Shown one piece after another: positions 36,805-47,182 of a stretch of 64,000 nt of DNA. The stretch is from Candidatus Latescibacterota bacterium (GTDB taxonomy: Bacteria > Latescibacterota > UBA2968 > GCA-2709665), in NCBI GenBank assembly GCA_965203805.1, contig OZ241917.1, forward strand, positions 512,001 to 576,000. The letters run 5' to 3'. Within the stretch, counting starts at the first letter, position 1. Every line of letters starts with the position of its first letter. Made by a program: the position numbers and the translations under genes. The notes beneath the pieces are model-generated. The model searched no databases. It was not told the DNA's origin and saw only the letters and a program-made list of their open reading frames with translations.

Positions 36805-38889
36805 GTGAGCGAACTTGAAGCCCCTGTATATGTAGCCGGCGAATTCTGGCGGCAGGTAAAGCGGGACGTCTCGGGTCTGGATCTGCCGGAAGATGTGTCG
36901 GACCCGGAGGACGAAGCGGCCGCCTGGCGGGCGTGGCACGCGTATCTTGCCGCCAGGCCGGAGCCCACCTGGCACTTCGATTCGGAGCGGTTCGGCGATG
37001 CCGTTCGCACGCACTGGCCGGGCCTTGCGCGCGTCTGGATCGATCAGTCGGACCTGCTGATCGAAGGAAAGATGATCTACGGCGAGGGCGCGGTGCCCTA
37101 TGTGCCGGGTGAGGGTCTGGACTGGAACGCGAACCCGGACAAGACCATGAACTGGGGCGGAATCCACTATATGTTCTTCATAAGGTGGCCGATTCGCGCG
37201 GCGATGTTGACCGGGGACGGGAAGTACGTCAGGGCGGTCGGGGACTGCATGCGAAGCTATCTGGAACAGATGGACGATATCCGGGACGAAGCGGGCGTAA
37301 TGGGGCGCGGCCCCGAGGCAGGCGGATTCTACGCCGTCTGGAATACGCTCGCTGTCGGGTTGAAGTTGAAAGCGCTGGGCGAAGCGCTCTACGCGTTGCG
37401 CGCCCATCCGGACTGGAGCGCGCAGGACTGCCGCGCCGTATCCATCATGATCTGGCGCCTTGGGCGGCATTTGCATGGGCAGGTGACGTCTCAGACGGCG
37501 GTGGAATGGCAGCAGCAGTTGAATTTCATCTCCTCGGGCAGCGGCGGACTGGGGGGCGTCGGCGCACTGCTGCCTGAGTGGGAGGCCGGGGAGGGTTGGC
37601 TGGAAACCGCCCGGCAGATTCAGGAGGTGCTGCTCCTGAACCAGGTGTATCCGGACGGGTTTCAGAAGGAAATCTGCACGCAGTACCACAAGACGGTCAT
37701 CCGTTCCTTTGCCACGCTGCAGATGATACTGGCTCGCCGCGGAATTCCGAGCTTTTACGATTCGGAGCCCTTCCGGTCCCGGTTTCTTGCGATGCACCGT
37801 TTCCTGGCCGAGATTCTGACGCCGGACGGATTCACGCCGGCCATCAATTCGGCGGTGTACGCACAGGACTGGCCGGCGTTTCTGGCCGCGGGCAATTCCT
37901 TCTTCAAGGATCCGGTGCTTCAGTGGCACATCGACCGTGGTTACCATCCAGAACACGTACCGGTGCAGAAGGGCGGTCCCGGTTGGGGCAATACGATTCT
38001 GAACGACCTGTGCGTCCCCAAACCCGGTGGGGCGTCCGTTCGGGCGCCTGCGCCGGATTCGCGCCTGTTTCCCGATTCAGGTGTTGCCGTGCTCCGCGAC
38101 GGGTGGGACCGCGACGCCAATGTACTGGTCCTGGATTTCGGACATCCCGAAGGCGGGCACGCCTACGGGGGGCAGGCTTCGTTCTCCGCCTGGGTGAAGG
38201 GGCGACCCGCGGCACTGTCACCGGGTTCGCCTTTCGCATACAGCGATCCGGAATACAAACCCTGGTACGTCAGCACACAGGGCCAGAACACGGTCTGGAT
38301 CGACGGCGAAGACCAGGAATTATGGCGCCCGGGCAACAAACGTCGCATCTGGGGCCGGCTGCTGGACTGGCGGGAGACGGAGGAGGAAACCCGCATACGC
38401 GTATCACACGACGGATACCTGCGGTCGAAGGGCGTGCGGCACGAACGCACGGTGTTACTCAGAAAGGGAACGTATTTCCTGATTTACGACCTGCTCGATG
38501 CTGCGGGCAGCGACGAACCGCGCTCGATGCGCTGGACCCTGCGCTGTCCGGACGCACTGCGGGAGGGAGGCGGCCGCGTGGTGATCAGCGACGGCGCCCC
38601 GGGCGTCAGGCTGGCGCCCGCCTGGGCCGAGGCGATCCGCGAGGTGGAGATCGGATGGGGGCCGAGCATGGTCCCGCTGACCTATCGTCCGGATATGTCG
38701 GCCCAGAAGGCCCGGATCTGCCACGCCAGGTTCGTGCAGGACGTGGACGCCGGCGGGCAGGCGCGTTTTCTCGTGCTTATGGCGTCGGGGGACTGTTCGG
38801 ACGCGGCGGTACACGCGCAGCAGGTCGACGGCGACGTTGCGGCCACCGTTACCGCGTGGGGCGAAACCGACCGCATCGTTCTGAAATGA
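36805..38889 (+). CDS. heparinase II/III family (polysaccharide lyase-like) protein
   Basis: YPDG.QKE....YH, F..SG.AVLR.GW, GH, QNTV.IDG.DQ and SHDGY....HER.V motifs. Confidence 0.75.
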   Translation: MSELEAPVYVAGEFWRQVKRDVSGLDLPEDVSDPEDEAAAWRAWHAYLAARPEPTWHFDSERFGDAVRTHWPGLARVWIDQSDLLIEGKMIYGEGAVPYVPGEGLDWNANPDKTMNWGGIHYMFFIRWPIRAAMLTGDGKYVRAVGDCMRSYLEQMDDIRDEAGVMGRGPEAGGFYAVWNTLAVGLKLKALGEALYALRAHPDWSAQDCRAVSIMIWRLGRHLHGQVTSQTAVEWQQQLNFISSGSGGLGGVGALLPEWEAGEGWLETARQIQEVLLLNQVYPDGFQKEICTQYHKTVIRSFATLQMILARRGIPSFYDSEPFRSRFLAMHRFLAEILTPDGFTPAINSAVYAQDWPAFLAAGNSFFKDPVLQWHIDRGYHPEHVPVQKGGPGWGNTILNDLCVPKPGGASVRAPAPDSRLFPDSGVAVLRDGWDRDANVLVLDFGHPEGGHAYGGQASFSAWVKGRPAALSPGSPFAYSDPEYKPWYVSTQGQNTVWIDGEDQELWRPGNKRRIWGRLLDWRETEEETRIRVSHDGYLRSKGVRHERTVLLRKGTYFLIYDLLDAAGSDEPRSMRWTLRCPDALREGGGRVVISDGAPGVRLAPAWAEAIREVEIGWGPSMVPLTYRPDMSAQKARICHARFVQDVDAGGQARFLVLMASGDCSDAAVHAQQVDGDVAATVTAWGETDRIVLK

Positions 38890-38893
38890 CCGG

Positions 38894-40606
38894 ATGAACA
38901 CCGGAGGCACGCAGGAGGTGACGGAGCAGGCGACGAAATTTCAGGTCCGAGTCGAGCGCAACGTCGAAGCAACGATGCGTGACGGCGTCGTCCTCCGGGC
39001 GGACGTTGCCCGGCCCGATGCGCGGGGAAGGTTTCCGGCGCTCGTTCAACGTACTCCGTACGGAAAAGCGGCAAATACGCAACTGGCGGAGGCGGGGTAC
39101 GTCGTCATTTCCCAGGACATGCGCGGTCGGTACGCGTCAGACGGCGAGTTCACGCCCATGTTCATGCCTGGCTACCAGGATGCCGCTGACGGATACGATA
39201 CCGTGGAGTGGGCCGCAAGGTTGCCGTACACGGACGGAAAGGTGGGCGTGTACGGCATCTCGTACCCTTCATGGGCGTCGTGGGAACTGGCGTCCGTCAG
39301 GCCGCCGCACCTGGTCGCCATGTTCAACGGCGGGTACGCCACGCGTCTGACCGACTGGGAACTGGGCGGCGTGTTGCGCACCGGCCGGGTGCAGCAATGG
39401 CTCTTCCGCTCCCTGGGCCCGGACCTGCGCCGCCGCGCCGGTCTGCCGGGACCGCATACGCCGGCTGAAGCCGGGGAATCCGCCGGCAAGGACCGCGAGA
39501 AACCGCTCTGGTTCGTGCCGTTGAAGGACTTGCCAGACGAATACGCGGCCGGATGCCGGACCATCTGGCATTATTGGCTGGACCACCATCACAACGATAT
39601 TTTCGATTTCGGCGAACGGCACGGGGACGTGGACGTGCCGGTCCTCCACATGACGGGATGGCACGACCGGTTGGTCCTGACGGTGGATCACTTCACGGGC
39701 ATGCGGAAAAACGGACGCTCCCGGGCCGCTCGAAAGTCGCAGCGGCTGATTGTCGGCCCATGGTCGCACGGATCGCAGGGTCCCCGGCGGGTCGGCGAAA
39801 TGGATTTCGGAAAATCGGCGGCGGTCGATTTCACCGCGCTGATGGTACGCTGGTTCGACTACTGGCTCAAGGGGAAGCCGAATGGCATGATGCGTACGGC
39901 GCCCGTGCGGTATTTCGTAATGGGAGAGAACCGGTGGCGAACGGCACCCGCATGGCCGGTACCGGATGCGAAGTCGTTGTCGTTGCACCTGGTCTCCGAC
40001 GGCGGCGCCATCGGCGCATCGGGAAGCGGGAGGCTGGTCAGAAGACCTCCACCGGGCCGTGGCAGCGACCGGTACGAGTACGACCCGCGCGATCCGGTGA
40101 TGTCGCTTTTTTACGAGAGTTGCCAGGATGCGCCGTACGATCAGCGGCGTCTGGACGGCCGGCGGGACGTACTCGTGTATCAGACCCGCCGCCTGAAGAC
40201 GGGCGTCCGCGCGGTCAGCCGTCCGGAAGTGGTGCTGCACGCGGCGTCCAGCGCCAGGGACACCGACTTTATCGTCAAGTTGATGGACGTCCATCCGGAC
40301 GGGTTCGTCCATCAGGTGAGCTATGGAATCGTTCGGGCGAGATTCCGGAACGGGTTCGACAGCCCCGAGCCGCTCTTGACGGGAAAGGTCTACCAGTACC
40401 GGATTTCAATGCTCCCCACGGCCGTCCTCTTCCGCCCCGGCCACAGGATCCGGCTGGACGTGACGAGTTCGGATTTTCCGAATTTCGACCGGAATCACAA
40501 CACCGGCGGAGACGACTACGCGGAGGCCGGTTTCGTGATCGCCCGTCAGGAGATATTCCACGGGCCCGGTCGGCTTTCGCGGGTTGTCCTCCCGGTGTCG
40601 GATTGA
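38894..40606 (+). CDS. CocE/NonD family hydrolase
   Basis: MRDGV.L.AD, RTPYGK, QD.RGR..SDG, DG.DTVEW, GxSY nucleophile, GW.D, GPW.H and DVTSSDFP.FDRN. Confidence 0.9.
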   Translation: MNTGGTQEVTEQATKFQVRVERNVEATMRDGVVLRADVARPDARGRFPALVQRTPYGKAANTQLAEAGYVVISQDMRGRYASDGEFTPMFMPGYQDAADGYDTVEWAARLPYTDGKVGVYGISYPSWASWELASVRPPHLVAMFNGGYATRLTDWELGGVLRTGRVQQWLFRSLGPDLRRRAGLPGPHTPAEAGESAGKDREKPLWFVPLKDLPDEYAAGCRTIWHYWLDHHHNDIFDFGERHGDVDVPVLHMTGWHDRLVLTVDHFTGMRKNGRSRAARKSQRLIVGPWSHGSQGPRRVGEMDFGKSAAVDFTALMVRWFDYWLKGKPNGMMRTAPVRYFVMGENRWRTAPAWPVPDAKSLSLHLVSDGGAIGASGSGRLVRRPPPGRGSDRYEYDPRDPVMSLFYESCQDAPYDQRRLDGRRDVLVYQTRRLKTGVRAVSRPEVVLHAASSARDTDFIVKLMDVHPDGFVHQVSYGIVRARFRNGFDSPEPLLTGKVYQYRISMLPTAVLFRPGHRIRLDVTSSDFPNFDRNHNTGGDDYAEAGFVIARQEIFHGPGRLSRVVLPVSD

Positions 40607-40618
40607 CGTTTCGCGGCC

Positions 40619-40647
40619 TTGACACCCGCCGGCGGCGGGCGTATTTT
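40619..40647 (+). promoter_or_regulatory. sigma70 promoter
   Basis: TTGACA-17nt-TATTTT upstream of the beta-helix gene. Confidence 0.5.
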
Positions 40648-40734
40648 GAAGCCTCCGGGAGTCGATGCCGATCTTTCCGCGGGGGACGAGTCGGCGCGTC
40701 CGGATTCTGGAGATTGAGGAATGGAGACAGAGCG

Positions 40735-41997
40735 ATGATCGATCTCGCGACCAACCGGCCGATCACGGCGCGGCGGGACATGGTGCTGACAGTGGGTCAG
40801 GACGAAGGGGACCTCCAGGGGACTGACGACAAAGCGCTCCAGGCCGGCGCGGACTATCTCCGGCGGCTCGGGGGCGGAATCCTGCAGGTTCTTCCCGGTG
40901 TGTATACCATGCGGAACGCGTTGTACCTGCATGCGGGCCTCACGGTTCGGGGTGAAGGCGACGCGACCGTGCTGAAGAAAGCGACCGGGTTCAGGACCGA
41001 ACTGGTTCGGGATTCGGACTGGTACGAGGCGCGTGTGGCGGTCCGCGACGCATCCGGGTTCAGCGCGGGGGACGGCGTGATGCTTCGGGCGTTTCGAGGC
41101 GGAGACGGCCGGATGGAGGTCGTGAAAGATACCGTGACGGCGGTGGAAGACAACCTGATTTCGTTGAGCATGCGGATCTACAAGAACATGTGGCTGGAAG
41201 AGCGCGCGACGCTGGCTACGGTTTTCCCGATCCTGACCGCGGAAGAGGGCGTCCACGACGTTCGGATCGAGGACCTCGTGCTGGACGGGAACCGCGAGAA
41301 GAATGAAGAGATAAACGGGAACTATTCCGGCGCGGTGTTTCTGCAGCGTTGTCACCGGTACCGGTTCTCCAACGTGACCGCGCGGAACTACAATGGCGAC
41401 GGGTTCAGCTTTCAGGTCTGCGACGACTTCGTCTTCGACAACTGCGTGTCCCGGGGCAACGCGAATCTGGGGTTTCACCCCGGCAGCGGGTCTCAGCGGC
41501 CGGTGTTCCGGAACTGCCGGTCCACCGCAAACAGCCAGGGCATCTTCTTCTGCTGGGGGGTGTCGGACGGGCTCGCCGAGGATTGTACCTGTTCGGACAA
41601 TCTCGACTTCGGCATCTCGATCGGGCACCGTGATACTGACAATCGGATCCGGAACTGTACCATTGAGCGCAACCACAAGGTTGGCGTGCTGTTTCGGGAG
41701 CCCCTGTCGGAATTCAGGGGCGCCCACAGGAACGTCGTGGCTTCCTGCAGGATCCGGGACAACGGATTCGCCGCGGACGGCGCCGGCGTGGACATTCGCG
41801 GGGAGACCCACCACGTCGAGATTCGCGATTGCCGGATCGAAGACACCGGCGAGGGAAAACAGAAGATCGGCATCCGGATCGACGAAGGGGCGAGAGATAC
41901 CGTCGTCAGGGGTAATCAGTTCGTGAATCTCGAGGAAGACGTCAGGGCACGAGGCGCGAACGAGGCCGTCACGATCAAAAGGCGCGGCATGCGCTAA
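40735..41997 (+). CDS. right-handed parallel beta-helix (pectin-lyase fold) protein
   Basis: ALQA..D....GGG...V.PG.Y N-terminus and repeated N-C...N...G(I/F) coils; RBS GGAG. The ORF-track start at 39553 is a spurious extension. Confidence 0.8.
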   Translation: MIDLATNRPITARRDMVLTVGQDEGDLQGTDDKALQAGADYLRRLGGGILQVLPGVYTMRNALYLHAGLTVRGEGDATVLKKATGFRTELVRDSDWYEARVAVRDASGFSAGDGVMLRAFRGGDGRMEVVKDTVTAVEDNLISLSMRIYKNMWLEERATLATVFPILTAEEGVHDVRIEDLVLDGNREKNEEINGNYSGAVFLQRCHRYRFSNVTARNYNGDGFSFQVCDDFVFDNCVSRGNANLGFHPGSGSQRPVFRNCRSTANSQGIFFCWGVSDGLAEDCTCSDNLDFGISIGHRDTDNRIRNCTIERNHKVGVLFREPLSEFRGAHRNVVASCRIRDNGFAADGAGVDIRGETHHVEIRDCRIEDTGEGKQKIGIRIDEGARDTVVRGNQFVNLEEDVRARGANEAVTIKRRGMR

Positions 41998-42127
41998 GCG
42001 GACGCCTTTTCAACGGCTCGACAACCCATTGAGCGGCAGTGGAGTTGAACGGCGAATAAAGCGGATACCCGTGACAATTCGTGGCTGAATCAGGGTAGAT
42101 GACTCGTTTCATTTGAGGGGGCAATTC

Positions 42128-42361
42128 ATGTCGGTTTCGTTGAACGAAGCGGAATTGAAGGACAAGGCGATCCGGTACCTGAAAACGCAATACGGTGAGG
42201 ATACAGTACGGATGGACATCCGGAACAACGGCGTCGAAGACGGAAGCGGAGTCTTCCACGTGGACTGTACCGTGAGCGTGGGCGGATCGCTTTCGGACTG
42301 GACGAAGTGGTTCACGTTCCGGCAGGGCGAAGTGTCGAGTATGCGCTGGCAGATGCGGTAG
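42128..42361 (+). CDS. small hypothetical protein (77 aa)
   Basis: RBS GAGGGGG, genome-typical codon usage and an alpha/beta-like sequence. Confidence 0.6.
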   Translation: MSVSLNEAELKDKAIRYLKTQYGEDTVRMDIRNNGVEDGSGVFHVDCTVSVGGSLSDWTKWFTFRQGEVSSMRWQMR

Positions 42362-42411
42362 GTTGCGCCCCGGCGCGTCCATGAAAACGAGCCGGAATCC
42401 GGAGGACGGCA

Positions 42412-43266
42412 ATGCCGTTAGAGCAACGTCGCGTGCGCATCGGTATGTTGAAGGCGATGCCCGCAAAGTGGGATCCGGAAGCAAACTGGGCGGAGTTCGA
42501 GCAGCAGTTCGGCAGGCATCGCGACAGCGGCCTGGATGTCTTCGTTACGCCCGAGTGTTTCCTCGACGGGTACGCGGTGACCGAGGCGGATTGGACCGTC
42601 CGGAAGTTCCGTGGTGTCGCTCAGACGGTGGGCGAGAGCTTATACGTACGCAGGGTTCAGGAACTGGCGCGGTCGGCGCGGACGCACATCGTGTTCGGAT
42701 TCACCGAGATGAAGAACGGCCGATTCTACAACGCGGCGCTGATGGTCGACCGCAATGGCGAGATCGCGGGGACATATTGCAAGACCCATTTGCAGAACCA
42801 CGATCTCCGCTTCGCCGCCGGACGGGAACTTCCCGTTTTCGAACTGGATTTCGGGACTGTCGGTCTGGCAATATGCGCCGACCGGCGCTGGCCCGAGTCC
42901 ATTCGGGTGCTGCGGCTGAAGGGCGCCGAGGTCTGTCTCCTTCCGACCTACGGGATGTCGCACCTCGACAACGAGTGGTGGATGCGCACGCGCGCGTACG
43001 AAAATCAGATGTTCGTCTGCTTCGCACATCCATGCGTGGCGTTCGTCGCCGGCCCGACGGGTCAGTTGGACGCGAAACTCCAATCCAACGTGCCCGATGT
43101 ACTGGTTCACGAGATAGACCTTGCGGCCGCAACGGGGGACAACCATCTGGCGAACCGCAGGCCGGAACTCTACGGGATACTGTCGGACGTGACCCATCCG
43201 TCCCGGCAGGCGCCGTTCGAGCCTGCCGCAACCGACGGGCTGCCAAGGAGGAAACGAGGTGACTGA
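42412..43266 (+). CDS. carbon-nitrogen hydrolase (nitrilase) family protein
   Basis: Catalytic E-K-C triad (TPE, YCKTH, ICAD), RAYEN and RRPELY. Confidence 0.88.
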   Translation: MPLEQRRVRIGMLKAMPAKWDPEANWAEFEQQFGRHRDSGLDVFVTPECFLDGYAVTEADWTVRKFRGVAQTVGESLYVRRVQELARSARTHIVFGFTEMKNGRFYNAALMVDRNGEIAGTYCKTHLQNHDLRFAAGRELPVFELDFGTVGLAICADRRWPESIRVLRLKGAEVCLLPTYGMSHLDNEWWMRTRAYENQMFVCFAHPCVAFVAGPTGQLDAKLQSNVPDVLVHEIDLAAATGDNHLANRRPELYGILSDVTHPSRQAPFEPAATDGLPRRKRGD

Positions 43267-44278
43267 AGGCAGAGTGGGGGCCGCAATTATCGGATGCGGG
43301 AACATGGGAAAGACCCACGCGCGTTTGCTGGCGGGCTTCAACGAAGTGTCGCTGCGGATGCTGGTGGATGCCGATGAGGGCAGGGCCCGGGCGCTGGGAG
43401 CCGAGGTCCCGGCCGCAGCGGTGAGTACGGAATTCGAAAGAGCGCTGGACGATCCGGCCGTGGACATCGTGTTTATCTGTACCCACCACCATCTCCACGC
43501 CCCGATGTGCGTGGCGGCGGCGGGGGCCGGCAAGAATATCTTCTGTGAGAAACCGCTGGCGATCAACATCGAGGATTGTGAGGCGATTTCGAAGGCCGTG
43601 AAGGCGGCTGGCGTGAAATTCATGGCGGGTTTTCAGGCGAGGTTTTCGCCGTTCTTCCTGAAGTTGAAGGAGGTCGCGCCGCGGCCGTGGCTCACGATCG
43701 CGCAGTATTTCGATCCAAGGTGGGGGGAACAGAGTTGGGCGAACGATCCGGTTGCCGGCGGCGGCAATGTACTGAGCCAGGGGTGCCACTGTTTCGACGC
43801 GGTCCGTTTCCTGAATGCGTCAGAGGCGGTATCGATCTACGCGGCCGGCGGGAACTACCACCACCCCACGTTGCCCATCACCGACGCCGTGGCGTGTACG
43901 TTGCGGTTTGCGGACGGGGCGGTCGCCAACGTCGCGATAGGCGACGTTGGAAAACCGGCGCTGATGGGCAAGGCGGCCTACCAGGTCTTCGCCGGCGACA
44001 CGACGGCGAGTCTGTTCAATTACCACTGGAGTCCGGAGATCCGCCTGTGGGGCGCCGGGCCTGGCCGGTTGACGGTGGACGACATGCCCGGATGCGACGA
44101 TTCGGATTTCGCACACGGTTATACGCAGCAGATGCGGGCGGTGGTGGATTGGACGCTTCGAGACGTCGACCCGGTGAACGCTGGGAAACTGGACGACGCC
44201 GTGCGGGCGACGACGCTTGCCCTCCGGTCCATTGAAGCGATCCGTACGGGACAGGCGCAGGAACTGACCTGGGTGTAG
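43259..44278 (+). CDS. Gfo/Idh/MocA family oxidoreductase
   Basis: IGCG.MG, H......A..AGK..FCEKP and GG.......H..D. Confidence 0.9.
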   Translation: MTEGRVGAAIIGCGNMGKTHARLLAGFNEVSLRMLVDADEGRARALGAEVPAAAVSTEFERALDDPAVDIVFICTHHHLHAPMCVAAAGAGKNIFCEKPLAINIEDCEAISKAVKAAGVKFMAGFQARFSPFFLKLKEVAPRPWLTIAQYFDPRWGEQSWANDPVAGGGNVLSQGCHCFDAVRFLNASEAVSIYAAGGNYHHPTLPITDAVACTLRFADGAVANVAIGDVGKPALMGKAAYQVFAGDTTASLFNYHWSPEIRLWGAGPGRLTVDDMPGCDDSDFAHGYTQQMRAVVDWTLRDVDPVNAGKLDDAVRATTLALRSIEAIRTGQAQELTWV

Positions 44279-44361
44279 GCGCCGTTCCTGATGCTGCACA
44301 GGCGAAATGAGGCAGGCACTCACCTGCCGCCCTGTTGGGAGCCGAAGAAAGGAAATCGAAA

Positions 44362-45417
44362 ATGAGCTACGGTATCGGATTGGTGGGGAACCGGGCCCAT
44401 CAGATGAGCTATGGCCCGATCCTCGAGGCGCGGCACGATTGCCGGATTGTTGCCGCGGCGGAGCACCGGGCGGACAAGGCAAAGCCGCTCGAGGAGCGAT
44501 TCGGCGTCGCCTGCGGCGCCGATTACGACGCGGTAATGGAAGATCCGGACGTGCAGATCGTTTCCATTGCAACCGACTTCTACCTGAAACGACCCCTGAT
44601 CGCAAAGGCTGTGGCCTGCGGCAAGCACGTTCTGGTGGACAAACCGCTTTCTCGCACCGTTGCGGAAGCCCGGGAAATCGCAAGCGCGACCGAGGGTTCA
44701 GGCGTCAGGATCGTGTTGGCCTATCCCATCAGATACCTGCCCGGCCTCGCCGCGCTGGCGCGGGGAATTCGGTCCGGGGACTACGGAAACGTCACGTCCT
44801 ACGCGCATTACTTCGTCCGCCAGTTCAAGGACAGCGACCTCATGCAGTATGTGAGCTACCCCACGCCGGTCAACGTGAACGGAGGGGGCGAACTGATGAA
44901 CCTGGGCAGTCATGCCGTGGACTTTCTGCACCACCTGTTCGGCATGCCGGAGCGCATCTATTCCCGGATGCGGAACGCCTATTGGGACGAATACCGGGCA
45001 TTCGGTACGGAAGATATGGCCACCGTCGTCTGCGAATACGGGGACTTCGTCGCGACGCTGGTGACGGGGCGGAACAAACTCGAAGAAGAAGGGCCTCCGG
45101 CAAACGCGGTGGACGTGACCGCGCAAGGCCGATGGATCCACGCTGAGCCCGATGCGATGCTGATCAACGGGGTGGCGCAGGAATTGCCGCGAATGCCGGT
45201 GTCATACTCGGATTCGTGCGTGCAGGAACTGATCGACTGTATCGAAGACGAACGGGACCCGGAAATGGGCGTAGCCGACGGTTTGGCCGTTGCGACGATG
45301 ACGACGGCGGCCTACCAGTCGTCTCAGAACGGTGAATTCGTGGCGTTGCCCCTCGAAGACGAGAACCATCCCATGATCGCACCCGATGAACAGGTGATCG
45401 AGGGTTTTCTGGACTGA
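44362..45417 (+). CDS. Gfo/Idh/MocA family oxidoreductase
   Basis: GKHVLVDKP, GGGELMNLGSHAVD and ED.A motifs. Confidence 0.85.
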   Translation: MSYGIGLVGNRAHQMSYGPILEARHDCRIVAAAEHRADKAKPLEERFGVACGADYDAVMEDPDVQIVSIATDFYLKRPLIAKAVACGKHVLVDKPLSRTVAEAREIASATEGSGVRIVLAYPIRYLPGLAALARGIRSGDYGNVTSYAHYFVRQFKDSDLMQYVSYPTPVNVNGGGELMNLGSHAVDFLHHLFGMPERIYSRMRNAYWDEYRAFGTEDMATVVCEYGDFVATLVTGRNKLEEEGPPANAVDVTAQGRWIHAEPDAMLINGVAQELPRMPVSYSDSCVQELIDCIEDERDPEMGVADGLAVATMTTAAYQSSQNGEFVALPLEDENHPMIAPDEQVIEGFLD

Positions 45418-45451
45418 CGCGATTCAAAGGCAAAGCAGCACGGTGGACGAT

Positions 45452-45478
45452 CGGCCCGGGAGGTCAACTTCCGGGCCG
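45452..45478. terminator. hairpin between convergent genes
   Basis: CGGCCCGGGAG-loop-CTTCCGGGCCG. Confidence 0.45.
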
Positions 45479-45480
45479 CT

Positions 45481-46800
45481 TCAGTCCATCAGGCGGGCGT
45501 TGTACTGGCGGGGACCGGGGACGTAGCCGGCGTAGGCGGTATCGTCTGACGGCGCGGGCGTGTAGATGTAAACGGCATCCGCCCAGGGGTTGTACACGAG
45601 CAGGTCTTCGCGTTCATCGCCACAGAGGTCGGCGGGCACGGCGTGATACCAGCCCATTTTCTCGGGGCCAACGGGCGGCGGCAGGTCCGGAAGCGCCACC
45701 GCGGGTTCTCCATTTCCGTCGAAGAGGATGCCGCCGTTGTAGAGCATCGCGGGCGCGTCGAATCCGTTCCAGTAAACCGTCTCCATGCCGGTTTCGTTCG
45801 GCGAATTGTTGAGACGGAAGCGCCGGACAATCCTTCCGTCGTTGTCCGCGACAAGAACGTCCGGACGGTGCCCGAGATAGCGAACGGCCATTTGCGGCGC
45901 GGGTTCGTCCGGCAGGAAGGTGGCTACACGCACTTCCTGCCCGTGGGGGACGACGTCCTCGCCGAGCTCGAGGATCACGTCCCCGTTCCCATCGAGAACG
46001 TGGCCGCCGCCGGAACAGATGGCGCGCATCCGTCCACCGTCCCAGGGCTGGATCGACACGGAGTCCATGTTTGGCGCAAGCTGACGTTCCCACAGCGGCC
46101 TGCCGCCGGAATCCAGAATGAAATACCCGCCCAATACCTCGTCTCGACCGTCGCGATTCAGGTCGCCCACCGCCGGTATATACGCGGAGCAGCGGCCGTA
46201 GTCGTTCCACGGTACGGTGTAATCCCACAACATGTCCAGATTGTGGTCGAACGCCAGCACGCGCTCACCCAGCTTGACCACGATATCCCGGGGAAAGGTC
46301 GTGCCTCTGAGGTTGGCGATTAACAGGCGCTGGTGGAACCAGTTGGCGCCCCAGCCGCTGCAGGCCTTGAGAATCTCCGGACGGCGCTCCACTTTGAGCG
46401 CGCCCGTCGCCCCGTCGCGTATCTGGACGGTAACGTCCGCAAGGGACTCCCGGGGCGTGACACCGTCCGGGCGATGGAAGAAGCAGATTACCTCGCACCG
46501 GCCGTCCGCGTCTACGTCGTGGATCGAGACCGAACAGGGCCGGAGCGGCTGGGCGCCGCCGTCCCCTTCCTGCCACAGAATCTCCCCATCGATGGTGAAG
46601 GCGCCCAGGAAACAGGGCTTGAGTCCGCTTGCCGTGTCGCAACGGTAGACCAGCAGATCGGCGTGTCCGTCTCCAGTAAGGTCGCCCAGCCGGACGTCCC
46701 CTCCAAAACGCAAGCCCTGTCCCTCAATCCGGGCATGGGTCAACAGCGCGCGCGGTATTTCGACTCGCCGGTAGAGAACGGCCGGGGCGGTATCGAACAT
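45481..46800 (-). CDS. beta-propeller protein with DxDGDG Ca-binding repeats (FG-GAP/PL11 rhamnogalacturonan lyase-like)
   Basis: GDLTGDGHAD, HDVDADGRCE, GDLNRDGRDE and ADLCGDERED repeats. Confidence 0.65.
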   Translation of the reverse strand: MFDTAPAVLYRRVEIPRALLTHARIEGQGLRFGGDVRLGDLTGDGHADLLVYRCDTASGLKPCFLGAFTIDGEILWQEGDGGAQPLRPCSVSIHDVDADGRCEVICFFHRPDGVTPRESLADVTVQIRDGATGALKVERRPEILKACSGWGANWFHQRLLIANLRGTTFPRDIVVKLGERVLAFDHNLDMLWDYTVPWNDYGRCSAYIPAVGDLNRDGRDEVLGGYFILDSGGRPLWERQLAPNMDSVSIQPWDGGRMRAICSGGGHVLDGNGDVILELGEDVVPHGQEVRVATFLPDEPAPQMAVRYLGHRPDVLVADNDGRIVRRFRLNNSPNETGMETVYWNGFDAPAMLYNGGILFDGNGEPAVALPDLPPPVGPEKMGWYHAVPADLCGDEREDLLVYNPWADAVYIYTPAPSDDTAYAGYVPGPRQYNARLMD

Positions 46801-46876
46801 CAGGCAGATCGCCGACAACGGGCTGAACGAAGGATGGGCATGTCAACGTATGAAGCGGGGACGGGAAATGGGCGGG

Positions 46877-47182
46877 CTACTCCTGCCGACCGGCTTCGTG
46901 TTCTCGCCGAAGTTGGAGTACGCATTCGAATCTCTCCGACAGGCTCTCGCCGGGCCGGGAGAATCGAAGCATGGTTTCGTGAGACATCACCATCATCGTG
47001 CCGAGTTCGGGATCGGGATACCGGCAGAAGCTGTGTTTGACTTCCTCTCCCGTAACGCAGCAGTGGGTTTCAAGCGGGAATTCGAAATCGCCGTCGAGCA
47101 GACTGCCGGACTTGGATCCGACTTCCGAATCGCTATCGGCCGGAATCTTGTAGTCGGCGTAGAACTGATCCTGGTCAGCCAT
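46877..47182 (-). CDS. hypothetical protein (101 aa, acidic)
   Basis: RBS AAGGAG before the ATG at 47182; minus-strand TTGACA promoter candidate at 47318. Confidence 0.55.
   Translation of the reverse strand: MADQDQFYADYKIPADSDSEVGSKSGSLLDGDFEFPLETHCCVTGEEVKHSFCRYPDPELGTMMVMSHETMLRFSRPGESLSERFECVLQLRREHEAGRQE

Noticed and set aside
39553-40734. N-terminal half of the 814-aa ORF
   Set aside because: It is an off-frame overlap with the CocE/NonD gene. The real gene starts at 40735 with its own promoter and RBS.
42072-42085. TGACAATTCGTGGC shared with the metG promoter
   Set aside because: It is a single 14-mer match with no well-spaced -10 box and no functional link, so it is probably chance.
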